Shown: positions 27,587 through 41,871 of the stretch, one piece after another | Position numbering within the stretch: position 1 is the first letter of the stretch | How the letters are laid out: the number at the start of each line of letters is the position of its first letter | Assembly (NCBI RefSeq): GCF_037042905.1 | Contig: NC_087251.1 | Span: 24,864,001 to 24,928,000, forward strand | Length of the DNA stretch: 64,000 nucleotides | Source: Lytechinus pictus | Taxonomy: Eukaryota | Direction: 5' to 3' | Notes under the pieces: generated by a model | Database searches by the model: none | Seen by the model: only the letters and a program-made list of their open reading frames with translations | What the model was told of the DNA's origin: nothing | Translations under genes and position numbers: made by a program

Positions 27587-28781
27587 AGGACAAGTCCACC
27601 CCCGGGGGCCACTTACATAGACGAGTGGATATCATGCGCGACCAAAAAAACATGTAAAAAGGATGTCTTTTTCAAAATAGGGCACGTTACGTATGTAACG
27701 TAATAAGGGTGTCAAAAACACTAAAATAATGAAAAAAGGGTATCTATTTTCGCTGGGAAGGCTACATGTTATGGGTCAAATTTGTGAGGGTATAAAAAAT
27801 TAAGACTATTTTGTTTTCTAAAGGATGTACTTTTTGCACCAAGAGTCAACACTACGTGTTTAGAGTACGACTTGCGTGAGGTGTGGCTGTACTAAACCCA
27901 ATGATGTAGGTTAAGGTAAAACCGACGACCGACGTTCGTGACATAACAATTGAAATATCGCTGTACTTGTTTAGGGGTTCAATTCATGAAATACTTGCCA
28001 ATAGTATCGTTTTGTTTCCAATACTTATTAAGGGTAGGGTTTCACACGCCAATACTTGTTAAGGGGTGCATTTTCAGAATATGGAAAATACATGTTTAGG
28101 GTGCTTTTCGAGACCCCATGGTCGCGCATGGTATTCACTCGTCAATGGAAGTGGCCCCTCCGGGGTCCACCCCAACAAAAAGTTGATTTGAATAAAAAGA
28201 GAAAAATCCAACAAGCACAACACTGAAAATTTCATCAAAATCGGATGTAAAATAAAAAAGTTATGACATTTTAAAGTTTTGCTTAATTTTCACTAAGTTT
28301 CAAGTTCAAGTACTAAACAGTTATATGCACATCCTGGTCAATATGCAAATGAGGAGACTGCTGATGTCATCCACTCACTATTTCTTATGTATTTTATTAT
28401 ACGAAATATGGAATACTCCAATTTCCTCCACGTTGTCACATGGAACAAAGTTTTATTCCACCTTGAACATGTGGTATTACCATTGTTTAAACATTTTATG
28501 GTTTAGTCAAGTTGATCATTATTTTCAAAGCTGTAAAAAATGACATATTGTATAATTCAAACAATAAAAAACAAAAGAAATAGTGAGTGAGGGACATCAT
28601 CATCTGTCTCTTTTGTTTTTCACTGAGTTGTGCATATCACTGTTTTGTGAAAAATAAGCGAAACTTTAAAATGTCATAACTTTCTTGTTTTACATCCGAT
28701 TTTGATAAAATTTTCATCGCAATGCTAGTTTGATTTTTCTCTTTTTATTCAGATCAATCATTTCTGGGGCGGACTTGACCT
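27587..28781. mobile_element. Kolobok-like MITE split by a nested insertion
   Basis: AGGACAAGTCCACCCC / GGGGCGGACTTGACCT termini next to TTAA. Confidence 0.72.
27601..28164. mobile_element. CCCGGGG-terminated MITE inserted in the Kolobok-like TIR
   Basis: CCCGGGGGCCACTT / AAGTGGCCCCTCCGGG; GTCCACC(CC) duplicated (7-9 bp, boundary ambiguous). Confidence 0.75.
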
Positions 28782-29615
28782 TTAAAAAGATTAAGTGGGT
28801 TTCACAATCCCAGGGAGCTACTTGACTTATAACATGATACCTATGTGCCACATCAAAGTCGAAAATAGGGGGCTCTGGAACGGCTCGAGGATCAACAATT
28901 GCTAATAATACAATGCTCTGGAAGTGTATATAGTCAATTGATTTGCGTGTTTCGGAGAGTTGTATGAATATGCATGAAATTGGTCATAACTTTTCTGTGC
29001 GATGGACCAATCAGCTTTCTCTGAATCGCTGTGCAGAGTTTTGGCTGTCTGTTAAACGCAATTCCCCACTGTGCTGCGCTGAATATGAGCGGGCACTGGA
29101 ACGAGAAAACAGCGAAATTGGGGGTCTTTGGAACGGAAAAAATAGGAATATCTATGACTTTCTAAATTGGTGATGTTCTGGAACGGAAATTAAGGTTGGA
29201 AACGGGGGTCTCGACCGCAGCACATACGTGTCAGACATTTCCACTAAGTAACCCCCCCCCCCCGGTTCACAATAACCGTTTAACTCTGCCCTAAAATTAT
29301 GGGAAGCAGGAAATTTCAAAATATTGTTCATATTGGATGTTTCTTTTGTCTTATTTTTCTCCTTCCTCATGCTTTTAATGATGAAGAAAAGTATGTTTAT
29401 GCATGGGCCGTTTACTTTCATTGTATGACGTTGGTCTGCGTCGGCCACTGGTAGCGATAGTGGTGGTTGTGGTGTGTTGACGGTAGTAGCAGCAGCAGTA
29501 AATAGTTGCAAACTCAGCAATATCATTTTCTTTCAGTATTATTTGTTACTGATAATTTTAGTGCTACGATACTCAATACTCTATTTCATAATGACATTTT
29601 CTTTTTACTCTACAG

Positions 29616-29664
29616 ATTGTGGTATGGGTAGACCCTGTAGATGGAACCAAAGAATACACACAAG
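29616..29664 (+). CDS. BPNT1: BPNT1 exon 4 (IVVWVDPVDGTKEYTQ)
   Basis: CTACAG acceptor, AAG|GTAAAG donor; metal-binding W-V-D-P-x-D-G-T signature. Confidence 0.95.
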
Positions 29665-29856
29665 GTAAAGATACATTGAATATTCTCCATCCACCATCAT
29701 AACAGAAGGTTTTTTTTTTTTATTACTGCAAAATAATCCCTAAAAAATGTAATTTTCTCTGATTCATATTCTCTTTGATATTCTGACTGTATGCAGTCCA
29801 CTTTTTTTTTGGTCAGGGAAGGTGCTGAATGCAAATTTTCGTAAATCATTGAGTTT

Positions 29857-30816
29857 TTGTCTCACCTGCATAGCAGAGTGAGACTATAGGCGCCGCTTTT
29901 CCGACGGCGGCGGCGTCGGCGACGGCGGCGTCAACACCAAATCTTAACCTGAGGTTAAGTTTTTGAAATGACAGCATAACTTAGAAAGTATATGGACCTA
30001 GTTCATGAAACTTGGCCATAAGGTTAATCAAGTATTACTGAACATCCTGCCTGAGTTTCATGTCACATGACCAAGGTCAAAGGTCATTTAGGGTCAATGA
30101 ACTTAGACCATGTTGGGGGAATCAACATCAAAATCTTAACCTAAGGTTAAGTTTTTGAAATGTCATCATAACTTAGAAAATATATGGACCTAGTTCATGA
30201 AACTTATACATAAGGTTAATCAAGTATCACTGAACATCCTGCATGAGTTTCACGTCACATGACCAAGGTCAAAGGTCATTTAGGGTCAATGAACTTTGGC
30301 CGAATTGGGGGTATCTGTTGAATTACCATCATAACTTTGAAAGTTTATGGATCTGATTCATGAAACTTGGACATAATAGTAATCAAGTATTACTGAACAT
30401 CCTGTGCAAGTTTCAGGTCACATGATCAAGGTCAAAGGTCATTTAGGGTCAATGAACTTTGGCCAAATTGGGGTATTTGTTGAATTACAGCCATAAATTT
30501 GAATGTGTGTTGGTCTAGTTCATAAAACTTGGACATAATAGTAATCAAGTATCACTGAACATCCTGTGCGAGTTACAGGTCACATGATCAAGGTCAAAGG
30601 TCATGTAAGGTCAAAGAACTTTGGCCACGTTGGGGGTATTTGTTGAATTGCCATCATATCTCTATAAGTGTATTGGTCTAGTTCATAAAACGTGGAAATA
30701 AGAGTAACCAAGTATCACTGAACATCTTGTGCGAGTTATAGTAGTTTTCAAAATCAGCACTGCTGCTATATTGAATCGCATGATGCAGGTGAGACGGCCA
30801 GAGGCATTCCACTTGT
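29857..30816 (+). mobile_element. Helentron-like family copy
   Basis: Same termini and tandem units as 12061..13061. Confidence 0.78.
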
Positions 30817-32002
30817 TTTAAAATTGATGCCATGATGCGGGGGCTTGCCCTTTGCATTGCTCTCACTGTGTAAGACATGGTTCTGTAATGAGTCATTGAC
30901 TTCTAGCATGTGTGTCTTTGTGTGAAAAACAGCTTTATTGTGATCTTTTCTTGAAAATCCTGTAGAATCTTAAAAAGATTGTTTCAGTTTCTATAAAGAA
31001 TAATCCCTTTTAATATAGCCATAAACTGATAATTGCAACTCATTTCTTTTTATTTGGTCTATTGAAGTTTATTAAAAACACACAAATAGCATGCACTTAT
31101 ATCCACTTTCTATTGACAGTTCATTTGAAAGGAAAGTCCTATCAAATGCTTGAATGTCAAGAAATGCAATCATAATTGGATCTGTAGTAAGGAATCAGGC
31201 TGTCTTTGTCATCAAGTTCTGGGGAGCCTTTCATGGAGTGACTTGTGTGTGATTTTCATTGACTGCAAATCCTTGCATCTGATTGGTCGAGAGCAAATTA
31301 GTCAGTGAAAATCAACAATAAAACTCGTCATGAAATGCGCCCCTGGTTTTGATGCAGTTCGTAGTATATATCCCAAGCACATTCAACGTTACTGTTTGAT
31401 ATGTGAAAGTTCTAAATGAATATGCAGATTTGAACAATCATGACAAAAATAATAAAGTTATAGAATTTTCATGTTTGTAATATTTTGTGAAACTATGGTT
31501 TGGACATATCTTCTTGTGGTGTTGCAGATTTCTAAGCCCATGATGATCTGAGCTCAAAATTTATCTTCTAAAAAAGTTCATTATTAGATCTATATCATTT
31601 AATATTACCCTATTCATTGTATATGAGTAAGTTAGGGTTACGATTTTGAATCAATCTAAAAGATTTTTTTAATTTCTTGGAAAAGGAAATTGAAATAAAA
31701 TTTAATTTGTGTAATAAAATACATACATTACACAAGAAGTTAGCCTTTTTCATCATCCCACCTCTTTGTATACAGTGTCATTGACACGTTCACTGATTGG
31801 GCAACTAGATGGCGAAGCTCTATGAAATCATGGATTGGATAATATGGAATGATGCATTCTTCAATATATCATAACTTTGTTAGTTTTTCGGATTATCTTA
31901 TTTCTTTAATTGTACTGTGTTTAATTATTTCAATGTAGATTCATTTCTACTTAATATCAAGTCTTTATTTATTAATTATTGAATATGTATTGTGTGTTAT
32001 AG

Positions 32003-32289
32003 GATTCCTTGACCATGTGACAGTACTGATCGGTGTGGCCGTGAATGGAGAGTCAATAGGGGGCGTCATTCACCAACCATACTACAACTACCAGGTGCCT
32101 GATGCCAAAATGGGGCGCACCATGTGGGGCGTGGTCGGACTAGGATGCTTTGGCTTCACCCATAAAGAGTTACCAGAATCCCAGAGGGTGATCACCACGA
32201 CAAGATCTCACGGCACACAGGCCGTGCAGGATACCATTGATGCTATGTGTCCTACACAGATCTTGAGAGTTGGTGGTGCAGGCCATAAG
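32003..32289 (+). CDS. BPNT1: BPNT1 exon 5 ([14 protein letters not shown]...TTRSH...VGGAGHK)
   Basis: TTATAG acceptor, AAG|GTACAT donor; [20 protein letters not shown] and VGGAG.K are characteristic of BPNT1. Confidence 0.95.
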
Positions 32290-32905
32290 GTACATATCTT
32301 TTACTGCTTTCACATCAAGGTACGGTCGCTGGGTACGGTTACAGCGACCATACCCAGCGACCACTCGAACATGTTTTCACACTGCCGTTAAAATTTGAGG
32401 CCCAAAGCGATCGGTTGCTGTAAGTTTGTGCACATCATGATCTGCGCATATTTTACGCTATGCACATTAACGTTACAAAGGATGAAAAGGGCATTTCGAT
32501 CGGTCACTGAGTACGATGTGATTTCACATCAAGCTTGCATCGGTCGAGATTGGTCAATGAAGTACCTCTCCGACCGTACTGAGCAACATATCGAGCAACA
32601 TATCGTTTTTGACCAAAACGATCGGTCGCTGATTACGATGACATGCTTTCACATCATGATTTCATCAGTCGCTGCTTCTTTCTTTTTTTTTTTGACTGGT
32701 GGCAGCCAAGGATATTTTGGTGAAGACAAGTGAACCACCAAAATAAAGAAATACATATGACATTCAGTGTTGCCAAAGACTAGGAATATCAACCACTTCA
32801 AGGCCTATATTTCCTTATCTAGATCTATATATCGAAACTTCATAGCAGTACTGGTGTACTTGGTTTGTGAATATGCATCATATGAAAGTTCTGTAATATA
32901 GATCT

Positions 32906-33051
32906 AGGGCCTGTTGCAGAAAGGGTTGCGTTTAAACGCAAGTCAAAATATCAAGCGTAAGTCCCAAATGCGTGCTGTTGATTGGTTGAAAATCAAGTTG
33001 CGCATGATTTTTAGAGTTGCGATTGATTGCAACTCTTCTGCAACGGGCCCC
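32906..33051. mobile_element. Short Harbinger-like MITE
   Basis: GGGCCTGTTGCAGAA / TTCTGCAACGGGCCC. Confidence 0.6.
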
Positions 33052-33979
33052 TTGACAAGGAAATAAAGGCCTGAAAGTGGTTCATTCATAGTCTTTGGTG
33101 ACACTGAATTTCTTATGGTTTTCTTTATTTTAGCAGTCAAATGGTCTGGAAGAAAATTGCATTTGTGACCGACGGCATCTGGCAGACACTGTTGGACCAA
33201 CTCAGGCCTAATGTCAACAATCAATGCAATTTTGAATGGAAAGAAAAAACAAAAGAACTGCCAGGTTTGCCAGAAAAAAAGTCACAATTCATTGTCTCAA
33301 CCATCTTTGGGCCTGTAGCCTTTTGTTGGGACAGGAACATAGATGGTTTGGCTTTGCACTGCATCTGTTCTTTGTGGCCAGAAATACTTTTTCTTGAATA
33401 TGCAAGCTGGTTTGTTAAACTAGGAAGATTGATTTGAAGATATCTTTTACCTTTTTAGATCGTTTCCTTGCTCAAAACACTTCATAGAGCGCCATTGTGC
33501 CCCCCCCCCCCACTCACACACACTGATGCCATCGTGATGATATCTGCTTTACATGGAGCTGTGAAAGATGAATGATCAATCTATTGAATGAATCATTTCA
33601 TCTTTCACCGAATGAAATATTCCATCCATTGCACCAATGAAAAAAAAATTGTTTTATAAGACACCTTAAAATAATCCTTGCTACTATCAATTTGGTGCTT
33701 AAGTGCATGTAGCTGATCAAGCGCAGTCTGTTGATTGTTGTATACATGCATAACAGTAATACTCGCCAGTGGTCTTGGCGTGCGCATGCAATGGACAAAA
33801 TCGTAATGGATCCAAAATTACACAATGAATGGATCCAAAAATGCAGGAATGATCGTCTCATTGCAAAATGGCCTTAATGATTGATATCAAGCAACATATA
33901 ACAAACCATATACAAAAAGATGTAAGGATGGATTTCCTTGTTTAAGAGTTTCATTTATTGATCTCTCAATTCTTGCTAG

Positions 33980-34085
33980 GTGTTGCTCTGTCTTGAAGGT
34001 ACAGCCAGTGCGTACATCTTTGCTAGTCCTGGATGTAAGAAGTGGGATACCTGCGCACCAGAGGCTCTCCTTAAAGCTGCAGGAG
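33980..34085 (+). CDS. BPNT1: BPNT1 exon 6 ([35 protein letters not shown])
   Basis: TTGCTAG acceptor, GAG|GTATGA donor; [13 protein letters not shown] is the BPNT1 form of the second family signature. Confidence 0.96.
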
Positions 34086-34372
34086 GTATGACCCCCTTTT
34101 ATTCAATTCAATTCTTTTTATGTTTTCACCAAGTGATATCTTAATTCACTGAATATTTGAATATTCAGTGAATATTTTCAATGTGACTGACATTATCAAA
34201 ATAAATTATAATGAAAGACACATTTTAAAACCCCTGTAATTCTGACAAATGTTAATATGTCTCCATCCACCGTACGTACAGTTATTTGAAAGAATGAGGT
34301 GCTTTGTTTCTCCATATCTGAACGAGACCTTGTAGTATGCAAATAACAATCTAATAAATCTTGTTAACACAG

Positions 34373-34521
34373 GTACATTGACCGATGTCCATGGCAACAG
34401 ATACCGCTACGAAAAAGACATCAAGAGGATGAACACTGGGGGCGTCATCGCCGCATATCGATTTCACGACTTTTACCTCTCCAAAGTACCGCAGTCAATA
34501 AAAGACGCTCTGCCAGCATGA
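34373..34521 (+). CDS. BPNT1: BPNT1 last coding exon (GTLTDVHGNRYRYEKDIKRMNTGGVIAA...PQSIKDALPA*)
   Basis: ACACAG acceptor, phase-compatible; LTD.HG and N..GV.A motifs; TGA at 34519-34521. Spliced product 306 aa (variant A) or 311 aa (variant B). Confidence 0.94.
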
Positions 34522-37500
34522 CGAACGCTAACTGCTTTGAGAAGGGAGTGAGAGCGAGAGAGAAGGGCCAATGAAAACAACCAAATTACAGTTGAAATCA
34601 AGCTTTATTGATAGAGATAGTAGATGTTCTTGGATAAGTATATAATGGATTGGGAAGAGGGCAAACGTGTGAGGTATCGGGAATTTCAAGGACAGTGTTG
34701 GTGAAGAATTTGAATGTGAGAGCACATGAGCATTTCAGTGGTCTGTTGCTCAGATTACTCTGCTTTTAACTCTTTCTAGCTTAAAAATTTAGATCCAACA
34801 TTAAGAGAAGACCATAGCACAGCACTTGAAATTTCTTTCATGAAAAGGGCATGAGGCAAACAAAATATTTTAAAAAATCATATTTTGTGTTAAATCATTA
34901 TTTTGATAGAAGTATATTATGACTTTGCAGTGCAAAACACCAAAACTAGAAATTCCCATTGCAGCTTGTTTTTCACATTGATTATGAAATATACATGCTA
35001 TTGCCAATGTAAGTTACTTGAAAAATTGAGAGATTTATAGCATTGAAAAATGAGGAGACAGCTGTATAATTGAAAGTGTGTGTATGAGAGAGAGAAAAGA
35101 GAGATATAGAAAGGGTCTAGATCACTATGGTTGAGGTGGTAATGGTAAGCTTATGTAGTCTATACATTTTGTGGCTGTAAATGAAGAGAAGTGAAGTAAT
35201 ATTGTCTCCACTCATTTCTAAAGCTGTTTAATATTTGATGGGGGAAAATTGAAATATAGATGTTGAAGGGATACTCAAGTATGGAATGTCTAACTAGTAC
35301 TGTAATCAAGCATATACAAATTAATTTTTTACTGTATGTACTTTCAAGAAAAAGTGTATTTTAAGATTATATGATGTATAAATGATTAACGGCATTGACA
35401 TATAAAAATGCTAATGAGCTATTTTTGTAGATGTGGTCATGTTTCCATGGCAACCGCAACTTTAATTGTGAATGTCATGTGAAAAAAAATTGAATATTTC
35501 ATTGCAGTATTATTTGAGTAGCTTTCAAATTGAGCCTCCAACCGGAGATTCGTCATTTATCGCTTTAAGATTAAAAAAAAAAACAGTGCTTTTTGGCGCT
35601 AAGACATCAAGTTAGAGCAGTGTACTTTTGTAAACAATTTTTATGCAATTTAGAACAATGCTTTAATGTCTTGATTTGACTGATGTATTAACATTGTTTT
35701 GTCGGAAACAAGAAACACTATTAATGTTTGTGCAAAGCTAGCATACATGTGTACTGCATTTGTAATTTTGATCTTATGGGTGCCATACAAAAGTTATTAT
35801 GGTGCCTAGTTATAACATGAAAACAAGGAGGGGAGATGCACTTAAAGTTTGCTGTGCATTGCATTTCTGTGATGCAATGCTTTGAAATTAAAGAATGATT
35901 AAATCACCTTGCACTATATTCATGGAAGAAAATATACAAATAATCGGTATGTTGTGTGATGTTTTAAAAACACTTGAGTGTTGTGGTTGAAAGTATGTCA
36001 TAGTTTTTTTATTTGAACAAATTTGTTTGTTAGATCAATATGTGTGTTACAAATAAGAGGTCATCGCCTCATCTTTTCTTATATATACACGTTGTTCACC
36101 ATAACATTTTTGGGGAGGGAGGAAACATGTAATATTAAAGCAGTAAAACCACAGAGTAATACATTTGCTGTTCAAATGTGTTTAAGCCTGTCTTTACTCT
36201 AAAAAGTATCGCGACTAAAGAAAGTCTAGTCTTTATTTTAAATACTGTCAACTTAAAAGACAAAGTAACGTAAGGAACAATCTTCACTAATTACAAAAGG
36301 GCTTGTCGATATTGTAGAATTTCCAAGATGTTGTCATTGAAACTTGAATAGTGATCAAGTTGTTTGGAAAATGTTTAACATTTCATAGAACAAAGGTATA
36401 TTTGAAAGTAAAATTACTGAAAATGGAACTACACTTTAAATATTCCTCCTTTCATGCAATCATGATCTTGTTACATTGTCTCTTGCATGCAACCACATAA
36501 TTTACATCAAAATCAACGGGCATTAGAATAGGTAATTTTTTTTTTATTCTGAAGTATGAATCGCGATGATACAAACAATAATTGCAAGGCCAGTCTATCG
36601 TAGTTGTAATGCATTTGTCATTAATTTATGAAAAATTCATTTGTTTAATGAATTCTGTGAAAAGGTAAGAAATGAAAGTTGTGCACTTTGATCACTTCTA
36701 GAGTGTGTGAGTATAGTATATGTGACTTTGATTGTATGCCATATGGGTTGACATTTATATCAATTATTAATTTCATCATTCTGCTCGTTTTTATTACAAA
36801 ATAATCATTTTGTAAGGTCCAAATTTTCATGCACAGTGATTCATACTGCCCAATTGTATTGAGGAATTCTTTATAGATGTTGCAAAGTAAAAAATCATTT
36901 CATATATCTAAATATGATCTTATGAGTAGTGAAGTCTGGGTATGCATCCATTTGCATTCTTGTTTGTCAATGATTGTGGATTATTTTGTTGAGGGAACAG
37001 ATAATCATATAACACTTATTGAAATTTGTTGAACAGTGATTACCAAAGGAAATAAGGAATGATGTTGATCGCCCAAGAGAGGAATAATCATGTAATTTGT
37101 TTTTGTCAGAAACAAAGTCTTAAACTTTGAAGCATTGTGAAATCTTTGCCTAAAATTGAAGATTTATTTGGTGTGGGACATGTGTCAGAATTTTGAAAGG
37201 AGTATGATTACAGAAAACATGAAATTGGCAACGTGAGAAGACCGAGGAGTAGGACTTGAGTGATGAATTCACTGTTGTTAACCAAGGGTTTATTTTTCAC
37301 AAACATTCCAACAACTTCTTCCAATATAAACATGCACACTCATGGAATCCACTCAAGAACCGTAATGTGTATTAATTGTTTCATTGGTAGCAGAGTTCTT
37401 TGTCTGGTCCATTGTTCAACTACATCTGTGATCTGTGTGGTTTCTAGTGAATGATTACTTGCTTGCTTCAATGCAAACAAGGTTGTTTTTAGAGCCATAC

Positions 37501-38287
37501 CTATTGTTATTATCATGCTGCAGGGGTGGATCACAATGTTAACATTGAAGCCAAATAAAAATATAAAATCTATGTTTTTTGTGTCTGAACTCGATGTCAT
37601 AAAAAGGCCTTCATCAGTATGATTAATAAGAAAAAATTCTGCTTGCCATCCTAATAAACTAATCTTCAATCAAATTGTATTATAATTTGTAAGAGTTGAA
37701 AACTCAATTTTCCAGGATTTATATTAATCAGTCTTTGATTTCAGGCATCGTTGGTGTAACAAATAATTAGAGTATGTATGGGTAAACTAAAAGTGAAGGG
37801 GGGAAAGTAGTTTGCAGAGCTAATCCACTCATCCTTGTTACATTGACTAGTTTATTATGCGGCTTATTGATTTCTTCCACTCTCACCATTGCTTTACTCC
37901 CGATGGTCGTGAGTTTCTAATTGTTTTGTTTTAGATTCTTTTGGTTCTACGGAATTCAAGTCTACTCCTTGCTCCGCCTCGTAATGTGAGGGAACACACA
38001 ACATACAGTACCAATTGAAATTCCTTGTGATCACTAACAACTTTATTGGCAGAGTAATGTACTCGCTGTGTAAGTGATTGCAAAGACTTTCAGGAGCATC
38101 TTTTTTTTTGTCATATCTGAGTGAAACAGTTGTAAAAATAACATTGACTATTGATGTATAGTAATTTGCAAAGTTTTAATATTTGTTTTACAATTTGTAA
38201 TTTGAATTATACCACTGAAACAAAGAATATTTTGATGTTTACAAAAGAAAGACATGTATATTACTAGCTGTGCATACAGAGAATACT

Positions 38288-38293
38288 AATAAA
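38288..38293 (+). terminator. Candidate BPNT1 polyadenylation signal
   Basis: AATAAA about 3.8 kb after the stop, next to an opposite-strand ATTAAA at 38448..38453; other signals are possible. Confidence 0.3.
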
Positions 38294-41200
38294 GTAAAGT
38301 ATATCATACATAATTAATGAGGTATGTATCTTTTTTATATAATAATGTTGCGCTGACAACACCAAACACTAAGTGAAACAAATCATTTACTCTACAAAAG
38401 TAGGAAAACACAACAATACATGTATTTCACAAATTTCAAATTCAAATTTTAATTAAAATTTCAGTTTTAGCAAGAGGTTTCATCAAAGTCACAACACTAT
38501 CGTTTCAATGAAATGGGAAGCTACCATCACTGCAAACTCTGAATGACAGGGATGGCTAGGGAAAAAAAAGCCACAAAGCAGTATGGAATAATTTTGAACT
38601 CGTAACATGGTTTAACTTATGATGCACTTTCACAAAAACACAAAACAAAGAATAAAACAAGATTTTATCAGTCAGCAAATATGTAAAGTCATTTTTCTCA
38701 AATTCAATGTAGCCAAATTTTCAAACCAAAGCATGTTATTTAGTAATACATGCTTGTAGTTTTGCTAGACCAAAAGTCTCTGTAAATTGGTTGTTCCGCT
38801 GACCTATGTTGGCCCCAATGGGGACGACAGTAAAATGTCAGAAATTGTTAATATATCAAAATTGTTGAATAAATCCCCAGAAACTATGGTTATTCCTGTC
38901 TATAGTTTTGCATACCATCACCAAATGGGAGAAAATGAAAATACTAGGAGCAGATGCAAGTAGACTTTCTTCCATCTAGCTCATTAATTGGATGCTTCTT
39001 TTCTTATGTGTTACAAGATGTATCTGATAAACAATACAAAACCATTCACTGACAGGTCTTTTTTTTTCTTATCTTGGAAACCCCTCGGGAGTATTAAAGT
39101 GTTTTGAAACCAAACAGGTCTTCTTAAAGTGAATTCTCCCATGGCAATGTAGCTGTAAATTTATGGGAAAACATACCAAGCAACATCTATGAGGTGTTCA
39201 GTAAAAAAAAAAATATTTTAGAGCTATCTAGACCAATTTCATAAAACTAATTTCATCTGGCAGGAGATCAATTATTTGTGAATTAACAAAAATAAAGAGC
39301 AATGTCACACATCCCAACTATGAAAACCACCAAATGATATAGGGACAGAAAATTTAGAAAAATTCTGATACAAATATTCATGATTTTAGTATCCATATGA
39401 ATCTATAGTTTCTGTGAGTTTTCAAGTATGTAAAAACTTTTTTTTGCTTTCCCTAAGAAATCATTGGCCCATATTAAATCTATGTTCCGAGATCATGGTT
39501 TATGCAGATTTCAAGCTGTTAATTCTGTTTTATTAGGTGTGTATAGTAGGAAAATATCCAGAAGTGGATGTCAACATTTGCAGCAGGACATTAAATCTAA
39601 CATTACAGCATAAATGAGGCTCCCACATAAACCGTGGGTTCATTTAACGGTGCAAAACTGTGTACTCATTCATAATGCAACAAAAGAAACTAGCATGAAC
39701 TTAGTGTCCCGTGGCAAAAACACATTCTTTACTGGACACTTTCTCATTGTATAAGCTAGATTACAGATACATGTGGTTATTGCAAGAAATCTGATTAAAC
39801 TATGGTTCAGACCATGGATTAAAAAAATCTGAATATTAAGTTTGCAGGTATACCAAGGCATCTGATGGACATGAAAAAGTGGAAAATGGTTACCATGTTT
39901 CCAATAATGTTGTACATGTTCATTCCATATTAAACTTGATTTTATGCATGAAGACTCCAGGCATGTGCACATGGCCCATTATATGTACAATTACTGTTGA
40001 CAGTTTTTGCAATTATGATCATACATACATACACCTTCAATTAATTATCTGTGCAAACAACGAATGAACATAAATAATTTGTGTGAATAAATAATTCTTT
40101 CTATCTATATGAAAAACATGTACACCAAGTACTAACACAAGTACTAACAACGAACAGCTTTACAAATATTCAAATGCAAGAAAATTTAGACAAAAAATAG
40201 TTACCTTTAATATATGTAATATAACCTTCTCCTCCTATGACCAACTGCTGTAAAATTTCTTTGATATTTTTAAGATACATCAGTTAATGTCATGGGCCAG
40301 TAAGGAGAGAAAAGGTGAAAGTTTTTTTTAATTCATGACCCAATACTAGGGTATTTTGTCACTTTTTACAGAGATCAGAAAAAAGGGCCCCATCAATGAC
40401 ATACTATACAGTCAATATTCACAAATAATCATAACATTATGAACATAGTTTGCTCTGGACTTGCAGTTACAATTAATTGTACAATCGTTTAAAAGACAGT
40501 CGTCAAGAACGGGGCTCTTGTTAACCCATGGATCTGCAAGAGACGGACAATAAGCGTGAGCCTTCATTTGATGCAATGACGGTGCTTTCTGATGTGCATC
40601 TAGATGAGAACATCCAGGTGTTTTGACAATAGCGATTACCGAGGTATATCTCATCATTTACAAAGGAAAAGTATTTCTGATGTTGGGTTTTTGTTGGCTG
40701 ATGTCATGTATCATGGTATGCCTTTCAATTCATGATTCATATTTGGAGCAGCAAAACAGCTTTTTCTGATAAAAAAATTATTATTTTGGATTTCCAAACT
40801 TCAGCACATGCATAGTGACCTAAATAACAGTGAGAGTTATGTGCCAAGTATCTTATCCCCAAAAAATCACAATATCAGCTCTACCTTGAAATTACATTTT
40901 CCAAAATAAAAGTCATGGTTCTAAGATTACTAATTGTACACCAATACTGCACACTGATTTCTCTGGATATAGTGATATACTATCTTTTCCTCATACGGTT
41001 TGTGCAATATCACTGTCTAATCACAGAGTGCATTTTTCGTCCCATGGCCTAATTGATGGCAACCATCATAGAATCAAAGTTCACAAGTATGAAGAGAATG
41101 CTATTAATGGCGATCACATATTAGTGAACTCATTAGCTAACGGATGAATGTCCATCTCTTTGTAGGTCCATGGTTCACCCACAGGGATCAAAGTAATTGT

Positions 41201-41609
41201 CTTGGCAGCCCACCTGAACTGCCTTGCTCTCCTCGAGTGTCTGCTAATATCGGCAATGGTTCTAGGGAGATTTTTTTCAACAATTCCCCTGCCCTCCTGA
41301 TGTGGGCTTCCTGCGAGGGCTGCCAAAGAAGGCTACAACATGAATTTTGCTGTGATTAATTTCTACTTGCACTTGGATCAAAATGTCAATTCTTACAAAC
41401 TGCATTTCAACTTTCATTTAAGGTACAGAACCCCCTCCCCCCAAAAAAAACAGTACTGGTAGGCAGGATCTCTGCTCTCGGTGAATAAGCTTGGCAAATG
41501 ATTTGATGCAGCCGTTCCATTGATTCATCCATGTACAATTCAGCTTGACCAACAGTTTGATTCAACTTCATTTCTTTATCCAGAAAATGAAGCTTCTTTC
41601 GAGTTATCG

Positions 41610-41871
41610 TCATGTTTTCTGCTTCCCCTTTCTTGCAGCTTGCCGCGAATGGCCAGACATCCCACGATCAAGGTCAGGCAGACGCGGAGTCCTGCTGCTC
41701 CGTGTTGTAACCTTTGACCCAAGGTCATCCAACAAACTCTTGACTTCGTATCTCTTTTTGGATGAGCGGGAACGCTTACGAACATGGCCATCACGTTTAC
41801 CAGAGCTGAGAGACTTCTTTTGTCTTCTTTTGCCATTGTCCGAGGTGGGGATTGGAGATTCCATACAGGTT
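41610..41871 (-). CDS. RING gene last coding exon, K/R/S-rich basic tail
   Basis: TGCTTTCAG acceptor, phase-compatible; TCMESPIP...KRRQKK...RKRSRSSKKR... to TGA at 41610. Confidence 0.78.

Noticed and set aside
34519..34551. Stop-codon readthrough at BPNT1 TGA-C
   Set aside because: The extension is only a few residues with no recognisable signal; nothing supports it.
41407..41613. 68-aa ORF overlapping the RING gene stop (ATGA)
   Set aside because: No recognisable domain or splice support; probably 3'UTR.
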